Positions 45,801-51,843 of a stretch of DNA of 64,000 nt are shown here, in pieces. The notes under the pieces were generated by a model that was not told the origin of the DNA, searched no databases, and was given only the letters and a program-made list of their open reading frames with translations. The position numbers and the translations under genes were made by a program. The stretch lies in contig JAZRWB010000027.1 of NCBI GenBank assembly GCA_045599445.1, positions 1,344 through 65,343 on the forward strand, written 5' to 3'. The stretch is from Kiritimatiellia bacterium. GTDB taxonomy: Bacteria > Verrucomicrobiota > Kiritimatiellia > RFP12 > UBA1067. Numbering within the stretch: position 1 is the first letter of the stretch; every line of letters starts with the position of its first letter.

Positions 45801-48245
45801 TACGATTTGATAACTATTGGTATCGTCGAACTCGGGGTTCGTCCAACCGTTCACCGCATCGAAATAGATGGTGCCGAGGCCGTTGGTATAGCAAGGCGAG
45901 GTAATCGAAGCGTCCAGAACGTTGCGCATCACGATCTGGCCGACGTCGCGCCGACGCACGGCACGCGTCGAGTGTTCGCTGATTCTAAGCGAATTTTCCG
46001 CGTCGTAGGGAAGGTAGTTCTGGTCGATGGCGAGCGGCGCCGTGTCGCTGTCGCGCGGGAAGGTGTTGCCATGGCGAATGTCCTTAAGCCGCCAAAGTTC
46101 TCGCCTTTTTCCATCGCCATCGTAGGCGTAAAGCGTCGAATTCGCGCCCGGGCGCAAGTTATAGAGCGAAATCGCCTCGTCGGGATTGTCGTGGTGCCAA
46201 TAGGTCGGCGTTTCTTTCTTCGCGCCCGCATTGTCCGCATCGTACCAACCCTGATAGTTGATCGCCGGAGCGGAACGCGAACCCTCGCGGCAATCGTTGT
46301 TCATAAGGAGCGCTCGCCCTTCCGCGCTCGAACCGAGCGAGGTATAGGCGGTGTGGCCGATGACGTTAATTTCTATGGTATGAACAAGTTGCTCATACTC
46401 ATCAGTCGCTTCTGGAACAAACGCCGCGATATAAGTACCGGCGCGAGTCATTTGACGATAATCAGTAAAATGCACGTCGGGGGTAGTGGCGTAATAGAAG
46501 TAGTACTTTACATCGCCCTCGGCGAGGCGACCTTTATTAATGTTCAACGATGACGGCGGTGACTGAAGTTCCCAACGAACCCGGTCTATCGTTGGAGATT
46601 CAACAAAATAGTTGACCTTTAGCCGATTCCGCGTTACCAGCGAGAATTCGACTTCGGTCGGATCCCCAACCTCGCCAAGCTTGGTCGGCGGCGGGGTTTT
46701 GCCGTCATCCGATTTCCAGTAAATCGTAATTACATCGCCCGCCTTCGCGCCGGGAGCGGAAAGCTTAATCGTCGAAACACCCTCGACATTCCACGACTCG
46801 ATTTCGTAGTCGAGCATTTGCCCGCTTGCGTCGAGCACAAAAAATCCGTCCTTGGCGCGAACGTGATTAAAGCCGAGCGGATTATTCTCGGCGAGAGTGA
46901 ACTTAAATAGTTCGCCAACGCCCTCCGGCAAGGTTATCGTCACACAGTCGGAGAAATTCTTCGCACTCGCGTCATCCCAAAGATAGAAGTCCGCTACCGC
47001 TTCGGCGCCCTCCCAATTGTTGCCCTCGGGTATCGTCGCCTTCACAAACCAAAGACCTGCGGACTCGGGCTCTTCCCGCGACCAATTCTCCTTGTCCTTG
47101 GAGTAGGTGTAAGTAACGGAAAATCCCTCGCCCTTGGGCCAAAGCGGCCTACAAGTTGGGCTATTGGCTTCTTCGCCAATCTTCCAACCCTTGAGGACCA
47201 AGTTATCAATCCGGTTCTTCGCCTTCTTGATTTCCCACTTAACCGTATCGTCCGTATCCGTGCCGTCCGTCCACTTGAAGCCCGGCTTCAGTGTCGCGGT
47301 CGTAGTGTAGGAACCGACACCGATTTCGTTCCTACCGCCCGAAATCTCATAACCGTCGGAGGGCTGAATCGCGTTTTGCGACTCGCCGTTATAGTAATAG
47401 CCGTCCTCAGGTTGGAGCGTGCTCGGACGATCGAGCGGTTCGCCCACGACTGCGCTCAAACGGATAATGACGACGCCGTTGCCGCCCTTGCCGTATGTGT
47501 TGGCGTTAGATCCGCCGCCGCCGCCCGAACCTCTGACGCCATCAGTCGCCGGATTCTGTCCATTGGGACCAAACGCACCATTGCCGCCGATTCCACTACC
47601 GCCCAAACCACGGTTATTGCCGACGAGCACCGCGCCGCCGCCGCCCGCCGCATAGTAAAGCGTCTCGCCCGTAATATCGCATTCCTTGCCGCTACCGCCC
47701 GCGCCGCCGAAAACGAGAGCATCATAATCCGTATTTGGCCCTCCGCCCTTGCTACCAGCTCCGCCATCACCGCCATTACCGAACGTATCGCCGCCCGCGC
47801 CGCCCGCGACGACGCAAATTTCCGTTTCGCCGAGCTTAACCGAGGATTCACCGCCCGCCGCTCCGGCAGCCGTTCCACCCGCACCAAGCACGATTGCATA
47901 AGTACCGCCATTAAGCGCAACATTTTTATCAACGAACTTACCACCCGCGCCGCCGCCACCACCGACGTTCTTCGCCTTGGTCTCCTCATCACTCGTCGCC
48001 GAGCCCGCGCCGCCGCCGCCGACCGCGAGAATGCGCCCAACCGCCGAACCGGGCAAGGTCAAACTGCCGACCGCATTGGTATAGACGAAAACGATATCAC
48101 CCTCGCCTTCCGCTCCCGACGGCCAAAGCACTTTCGCGTCCGTGTATTCAAGCGTCACGCCCTGAAACTCCACGCTTTCCGCACTCGCCGTCCACACGGC
48201 GAGGAAAGCCAAAAGCGCAAATATTCCTCTAAAATACCTATTCAA
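39843..48245 (-). CDS. Giant secreted protein (2800 aa) with an N-terminal glycine-rich module
   Basis: TTG start at 48245 overlaps the upstream gene by 8 nt. Signal peptide (M)NRYFRGIFALLAFLAVWTASA. The glycine-rich region (~47450-48020) reads ILAVGGGGAGS...GGGGGAGGKFVDKNVALNGGTYAIVLGAGG...ICVVAGGAGGD...YYAAGGGGAV...GSGGGGGS...GKGGNGVVIIRL. An MBG-like segment follows (YYYNGESQNAIQPSDGYEISGG...GSYTTTATL). About 2400 residues remain unassigned. Confidence 0.8.
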   Translation of the reverse strand: MNRYFRGIFALLAFLAVWTASAESVEFQGVTLEYTDAKVLWPSGAEGEGDIVFVYTNAVGSLTLPGSAVGRILAVGGGGAGSATSDEETKAKNVGGGGGAGGKFVDKNVALNGGTYAIVLGAGGTAAGAAGGESSVKLGETEICVVAGGAGGDTFGNGGDGGAGSKGGGPNTDYDALVFGGAGGSGKECDITGETLYYAAGGGGAVLVGNNRGLGGSGIGGNGAFGPNGQNPATDGVRGSGGGGGSNANTYGKGGNGVVIIRLSAVVGEPLDRPSTLQPEDGYYYNGESQNAIQPSDGYEISGGRNEIGVGSYTTTATLKPGFKWTDGTDTDDTVKWEIKKAKNRIDNLVLKGWKIGEEANSPTCRPLWPKGEGFSVTYTYSKDKENWSREEPESAGLWFVKATIPEGNNWEGAEAVADFYLWDDASAKNFSDCVTITLPEGVGELFKFTLAENNPLGFNHVRAKDGFFVLDASGQMLDYEIESWNVEGVSTIKLSAPGAKAGDVITIYWKSDDGKTPPPTKLGEVGDPTEVEFSLVTRNRLKVNYFVESPTIDRVRWELQSPPSSLNINKGRLAEGDVKYYFYYATTPDVHFTDYRQMTRAGTYIAAFVPEATDEYEQLVHTIEINVIGHTAYTSLGSSAEGRALLMNNDCREGSRSAPAINYQGWYDADNAGAKKETPTYWHHDNPDEAISLYNLRPGANSTLYAYDGDGKRRELWRLKDIRHGNTFPRDSDTAPLAIDQNYLPYDAENSLRISEHSTRAVRRRDVGQIVMRNVLDASITSPCYTNGLGTIYFDAVNGWTNPEFDDTNSYQIVVEAVLGSEAEFVTDESDLWQPLKMRPVRIVDGKIDEELPEREILDLDITNGGTMKNFYRVYVPVGEYGKARFRIRRVSIDAERAANPDGKALILLDNVLASYPAMGVELKPTGEFDYTRSGKSILGYAGSFIPQYPAATDEIIAKAKPVYHTAGGISADVSAFVSTARMHYRWRYLNQATNDWQTVFLNPDDDFKSTEPLALPNEVGDVEFYFSADIQAPYYNYVDYTGLNLGFSDYTEEIGAVTNRAEVAENVYPTKGTDWFVRLREGKSDYEWIRVLTRKGEGSPETTTELAVANDHQWRGYVRTTEQIAEGLEFRLEAVRWNPEIADFEAYRWKADYDLPDLVAVKSAPLVPGGVTEWSKVECTAATGHLLFIVDEEGKSLTVTRADYQNFNGWNDANKQEEIFVGHSETEGRSGVSHGMKSFEDEFSARIPCVADSDYWRESFAEEIGDVGWPGYEPFITARTPNGWTANQGMWVHEKFKDTGMAFQMDGQGKGSLEFRTAAVSPRGLGEVSFAARVAQSILFNNIAYDYAPNYTEQTKYTFVTQMAMSDFDWKSSVNKDDFDGAGQLSVVANYRPVTGCYEFRITRRRDNTIAYELFKWVYKNGTCKAISLSNGARELSFAYSTNVPFKKYDNQYAAMYISVDRQSDGSVKIQAGVSRGRQAFSVDSVPDGNWINVCYWDGDNPLGKGTFGVASANCPAIFKSPRVYNSSVTWLNPSLGKNHFSAHDDAAVTFNGSSKSEKDNLIAGYWALADGCYHVNDVDRNWGITADCIPQPISVQWSPVDRSEWTTITNVEVSTFVKSKRITVPLYIRQNAALRLSHGGSIDDAKTDVVLDDVEFTQWLGEDYTEDSSFKAADDGSPTNFVFTSAWVHEATDESGNSTRSIELSPMRTATKNAVASIRSPLMDGFEGSPTKIPRGKGLGMFAFAYTNANVNAKLILQVATNNVQALNLPSLTKESANSVNWTNVAEFVFADLPKNGVCSHYLGMHDVVGVMRLVVAPETIAAANEMTEFDPEFGQVFITRVFCRDEPAVDTSCWWGWNLRTSADLRSEGDAKLMYLSDFAAGGGSLGDSGMSVALNNSVYSDTIYEEEAAYKEHQPFVQTPTFSDAEVGEVSFKARRYDVTKGETARITVYGAANGALGDDSQWEYVTHFDITDNLYHTYTYRTDPNQNYRSLRFMVVGVKDAKEIGDADDPRPDSPVRVAFDEVMVCEAVRPTLAFREIFAFRSDLDGLNYSDKYDHPEEQPLFGECWGVQTEVYAAQLPDEVDFKRGVKVKLYWYDGVEPWGFDNWRAKAKSAYLTECEDKPLFFRSSYSGDPESVVRPNERQEEGLPVQYMLEAEYYTKESDSVVRTLLKKGNWIKPRWYAGVDYNEQFRSYGSFAAYTILDSVSPGWAWINEVNIFGGYQNWNNKDQDYQFVEVAIPREASIADWKVQFISQHGITNTACRFVKLADPSKSLAAGQAPASKSTHEDSSCVFLSVAGPKSKTSILESGYDVDGVWNLVENDLTFTRDQRIAADDQPLAIRLVRKSGVIEHEIVLEGTNIFTGTSYEYDYSAERAVKLLNEAEAEGKWFDAGDDSLDGDHSLSVLAANGGVAANWSNTPKRTPGFKNEGQTIDPNHPTPIGSTILVYARLDQDPGHFTQSDGTSESTVETLMMVVPRNSETGTNIVYRVEPWYELDSVIANGVPLELPAMRRGTVKVPVGRNASGDVTVVAKTRFDSRLDEYVEPDDPYRPAIVDWLNRGTNAYGDKFETDDEDSRIYIAELIRKKDDSKCRDLTLTEMYWLDINPFQAGWALKAGFAKCPFPIPVGEVDDDPIGDVLTNVSFSVYMCITNRSEKAAPRAPYVLRSLDPGKTSWDYIAGEISVWTSVTFKATGYLANGLPYNIGSIPLRWFVFDEGSFYPAGHEKEFQSMIEIIDPYSRYSPGWSENWGVWRGKAPVWHGFNINTKLGPYGIGTLKPENPVYVPENSEKSDKSE

Positions 48246-50616
48246 AGCGTAGTTCCAATCTGAAGAAGTTGTAGCCGTTCTCGGTCTTTATTGGCTCGGC
48301 GCAATCGGTCCAACGATCGGTAAGTTGCGCCTTGCCTTGGACGTGCAAGCCCCCGTTGAAATCCCACTCGGGCTTGCCGATTGTAATTACCCCAGTCGTC
48401 GAATCGACGGCAATCGAAGTAATCTTAAGCTCGCCCGTAAAGCCATTCAGGAGATATTCGCGGTTAAAGCCCGCGTCGTTCAATTTCGCCGGCAAATATC
48501 CCTTACCCTGCGCCCAAGTCGCAATTGCCTTGAAACGCGTATCGTTTGCAATCGCCTCGGGATTATCGGTAATCCCCAGTAGCTCCGCAAGCTCCGAAGC
48601 CGAACGCGGCGAATCTTTCGCGTTCGTTGCGCTAATCGTCGCACTCGCCGTCTCCACGCCGGCGTTTACGATGAAGGAAAGCCCGTCAGGCGTAATCCCA
48701 TCGCTTTCCGAAATCGCCGCGTCGATATACCACGGTGCAAGCGTCGGTTCGATCGTGTAGGTCGTTTCGAACTCAACTTCGACCGGATCCGTGGTAAGTG
48801 GGCTACCGTTCATCGTCGCCGACTCAATGCCCTCGCCGAAAGTAGCGGTGAAGTTCACCGAGGATGGCGGAATGTATTCAATCGTCGTCCAATAACCGCT
48901 CTGAATTTCAACCGATCGATCGTCCGCGAGATTATCCGCGTAGCTGAACGCGCCCGATGTCGTGTTTTCCGGATCCTTGAACCGCCCGTTGACTATCAAC
49001 AAGGCCTCGCTTGCACCGAACTTATCGGTAAGTACCGTCTCAATCGTAACGCCTTGATCAGCTTCAAGATTACCAATCGTTACCGCACCCGAGATGTTGA
49101 AAAGCCCTTCCGCGTCGCCGACGAGCTTGCCGCCGCGAGCCGTATCAATCAAGGTAAAGCCCTTGCACTCCGCGTTGATCGTAAAGAGCACGCCCGAAAT
49201 ACCTTCCTTGGTAATCGTATGACCCTTAAGATCAAGCGTAATCGCCGGCATATCGCCACCGATAAGATATCCCTCTTCCATGCCTATTTCCAACTCCGTC
49301 GAGAAGTCGTCGGCAAGCTCGATCGTAATCGGGTCGCTGCCGAGATCGTCGGCGAAAACCTCCGAAAGTAGCGAATAGCTCTTCCCCCCGACCGTAAAGC
49401 GGGTTGCCGCCTTGGGCTTCACGACGATGGTGCAAACCGCATTCGCCGCGGTAATCGTAAAGGTGTTGTCTTCGAGCGTCGCACCGCCCTCGGTCGTCCA
49501 CGTACCCGCTTCATAGCCCGCGGCGTTGTAGGTAACCTCGGTAATCTTCGCCGTATCGCTCGCGCCGGTAAAAGCGATTTCCTTGGCGCCTCCCTCGATC
49601 GAAACCGCCTCGCCGTTTAACTTAAAGCCGGTAACCCCTTCCGTCCACTTCAAGGTCCACATTCCACCTTGCGCGAACGCGGGACCCGAAGCGTAATCGA
49701 CGATCGACAAGTCGTCGACCTTGCCCAAACCGCTGAAGCCCGCGGTCATTATCCGTTGCGCATCCGCAGCCCCATCGGGAATCATGCTGAGGAAAAGGCG
49801 CTTCTCATCGAAAAACTCCTTCGCCGTCGGCTTCAACTTGGTAGCGACACCGCCGCCAAAGGCGCTGGTGTAGTTGTCATCCTCGCAAATCAACGGCTTG
49901 CCGTCGAGAAATAGGATAAATGCGGCGATTTGCGACTCGTCGGTCGTAATGGAGTCGATTGCCCGAACGGTGAGGCGGTGCCATTCCGCCGGGTTCAACA
50001 CAAGCTTCTCGCCCTCGGCGAGCGCAAGCGTGAAATTAGCCGGCGAAACCGCCAACGACGACTTGTTAATACTCCCCGCCGTAACGTAAAGATTGGTCGT
50101 CGCATCGGTCGCCTTGCCATCGGTTCCCTGCCAGACGAACAACTTGGCGCGCGGAGCTTCAACCTCCGGAATGTCCAGGCCCTCAATCGGCTCAAACTGC
50201 ATCAAAGTATCGATAATAATCCCGTCTTCAATGGCGACGCTCCGCTCGTCATCCGTCAGCGGATCGGGCGGAAAACCACCGTTCGGCATAGCGGAACGGT
50301 AGAGAGAAAATAGCGACGAATCGGCGAGTAGGTATTTGGTGTTGTTGCCGTCCGGGACCAACTTCTCTCCTTCGGTGTATGGGTATTTTTCACCTTGCGT
50401 CGCGTAGGCGCAAAACGTACCGGTCTGAACCCGATAATTCGAGCACCAGCGATACGGCGTATAGGGCGCTCCCGTGTCATCGGCCTCGACGTTCAAGCTT
50501 TCGCCGACTTGCAATCCATTCGCCTCGAAATCGATAATATTGAAAAGCCGCGCCTCCGCCCTCGCACCAAGCACGACGGCAAATACCGACAATAATGTCA
50601 ATATCTTTAACTTCAC
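48238..50616 (-). CDS. Secreted protein (792 aa), unknown family, first gene of the giant-protein unit
   Basis: GTG start at 50616. Signal peptide (M)KLKILTLLSVFAVVLGARA. I recognise no motif. Confidence 0.75.
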   Translation of the reverse strand: MKLKILTLLSVFAVVLGARAEARLFNIIDFEANGLQVGESLNVEADDTGAPYTPYRWCSNYRVQTGTFCAYATQGEKYPYTEGEKLVPDGNNTKYLLADSSLFSLYRSAMPNGGFPPDPLTDDERSVAIEDGIIIDTLMQFEPIEGLDIPEVEAPRAKLFVWQGTDGKATDATTNLYVTAGSINKSSLAVSPANFTLALAEGEKLVLNPAEWHRLTVRAIDSITTDESQIAAFILFLDGKPLICEDDNYTSAFGGGVATKLKPTAKEFFDEKRLFLSMIPDGAADAQRIMTAGFSGLGKVDDLSIVDYASGPAFAQGGMWTLKWTEGVTGFKLNGEAVSIEGGAKEIAFTGASDTAKITEVTYNAAGYEAGTWTTEGGATLEDNTFTITAANAVCTIVVKPKAATRFTVGGKSYSLLSEVFADDLGSDPITIELADDFSTELEIGMEEGYLIGGDMPAITLDLKGHTITKEGISGVLFTINAECKGFTLIDTARGGKLVGDAEGLFNISGAVTIGNLEADQGVTIETVLTDKFGASEALLIVNGRFKDPENTTSGAFSYADNLADDRSVEIQSGYWTTIEYIPPSSVNFTATFGEGIESATMNGSPLTTDPVEVEFETTYTIEPTLAPWYIDAAISESDGITPDGLSFIVNAGVETASATISATNAKDSPRSASELAELLGITDNPEAIANDTRFKAIATWAQGKGYLPAKLNDAGFNREYLLNGFTGELKITSIAVDSTTGVITIGKPEWDFNGGLHVQGKAQLTDRWTDCAEPIKTENGYNFFRLELRFE

Positions 50617-50637
50617 GATACTATCCCAACTTTGGAA

Positions 50638-50646
50638 ATTATACCA
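50638..50646 (-). promoter_or_regulatory. Extended -10 box TGGTATAAT for the giant-protein unit
   Basis: The minus strand reads TGGTATAAT (50646..50638), 21 nt upstream of GTG 50616 and just downstream of the triple hairpin repeat. Confidence 0.6.
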
Positions 50647-50691
50647 AAGTCAGTCGCCCGAGGCAATGGGAAAATTGAGGTGCAGTTGGGC

Positions 50692-50760
50692 TGACCCCTC
50701 GGGAGGGGTGGGCATGACCCCTCGGGAGGGGTAGGGCCGACCCCTCGGGAGGGGTAGGGC
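50692..50760. repeat. Three tandem ~23-bp GC-rich hairpin units (GACCCCTCGGGAGGGGTAGGGC)
   Basis: The units are TGACCCCTCGGGAGGGGTGGGCA, TGACCCCTCGGGAGGGGTAGGGCC and GACCCCTCGGGAGGGGTAGGGC. Each contains ACCCC-TCGGGA-GGGGT (5-7 bp stem). They lie in the largest intergenic gap of the window (281 bp), between the pseudopilin operon and the giant-protein unit. No U-tracts are present. Confidence 0.85.
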
Positions 50761-50897
50761 TTATGACCGCCGTAATTTACACTTTTTCAATAAACCGGGG
50801 GGCTATATTTAGGAGGGCACCGCCGCCGAGCGTCGCGTCTACCTCGACGACGGCGAGTAAGGCGGGGAAATGTAGAACGTAGAGTGTTGAATTTACT

Positions 50898-51830
50898 TCA
50901 GTTTTCCAACTTGTCGTACTTCGAGCCGTCGAAAGTTACGTCAAGCCCCTTGCAAAGCCACTCGGCGAGCTCTTCGGTATTATTACTGCCGTTCTCGTCG
51001 CTCTTGGGCTGGATGAGCCGCTCGACGTGTCCATCGGCGAAAACCACGTGCGCGCAACGCTTGTTGCCGATGAAATGGTTGAAAGCGAGCTTGTCGGCGC
51101 TTCCCCCGAGGTCGGACAAACCACGGTACTGGAAAATCGAATCCGCCCCATTTTCGGTTTCGTCCAGTTCCGCCATCTTGCCCTCGTCGGCAAGAAATTT
51201 CAATTCAGCGAACAAAAGCCGCCGATCCGCCCGATTAAGCGACGAATACAACGTGCCGTAGTAATGCTCGTCAAAGGTCTTACCCTTCTTCGCGACATCG
51301 CCGCCGAAACTGGCGTTCATCGCGTAACTCCAGCGCGGAACCTTATTGAATTTTTGCGCCACCTTTTTGTGCGATGGGCAAATGTACACGTCGAAATTCT
51401 GCGCAACATACTTCCACAATACGCCATTGGTGAGGCAATAGAGTCCCTCGTCATCCCGCTGTCCGTCGTTGTCCGCATAAGCCGACGTGAACCAACTGCC
51501 GCTGGCGACAGATGAAGTCGGCTTCGAAGCGTATGCACCGTCGGAATACCAGGAAATCCATCCTCGACGTTCGAAATACACCCGCTTGCTATTGCCGATT
51601 CCCTGCGACTCGTCCAATGAATACGATTGCAAGGACGCCGCCAACGGAAGATACTGATTGGCCATACCGTAACTTTGACATGCACTCGCGAGATTGCGCA
51701 TATTGGCGAGACATTTCGCGGCACGAGCGGATTCGGTAGTACCGCTGAGCGCCCCCAACAAAACCGCAATCAAGATTCCCAGAATGCCGATGACGACCAG
51801 CATCTCCACCAATGTAAACGCCTTTTTCAC
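50898..51830 (-). CDS. Prepilin-type N-terminal cleavage/methylation domain protein, DUF1559/H-X9-DG-like pseudopilin (310 aa)
   Basis: GTG 51830 gives (M)KKAFTLVEMLVVIGILGILIAVLL. ESARAAKCLANMRNLASACQSY is the DUF1559-type helix. The C-terminal NHFIGNKRCAHVVFADGHVERL resembles the H-X9-DG motif, but here with 13 residues between H and DG. GGGAG lies upstream as a likely RBS. Confidence 0.8.
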   Translation of the reverse strand: MKKAFTLVEMLVVIGILGILIAVLLGALSGTTESARAAKCLANMRNLASACQSYGMANQYLPLAASLQSYSLDESQGIGNSKRVYFERRGWISWYSDGAYASKPTSSVASGSWFTSAYADNDGQRDDEGLYCLTNGVLWKYVAQNFDVYICPSHKKVAQKFNKVPRWSYAMNASFGGDVAKKGKTFDEHYYGTLYSSLNRADRRLLFAELKFLADEGKMAELDETENGADSIFQYRGLSDLGGSADKLAFNHFIGNKRCAHVVFADGHVERLIQPKSDENGSNNTEELAEWLCKGLDVTFDGSKYDKLEN

Positions 51831-51843
51831 TTTCCGGCTCCCG

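Noticed and set aside
50692-50760. Possible CRISPR array
   Set aside because: There are only three directly abutting ~23-bp units with no spacers between them, and no cas genes in the window.
50764-50895. A 43-codon plus-strand ORF (ATGACCGCC...) and a GC3-rich fragment ending ...AAERRVYLDDGE-TAA after an AGGAGG, both in the 281-bp intergenic gap
   Set aside because: The AGGAGG is not followed by a start codon at a usable distance. The 43-aa ORF has no RBS or recognisable motif. It could be a decayed gene remnant, but I cannot support that from sequence alone.
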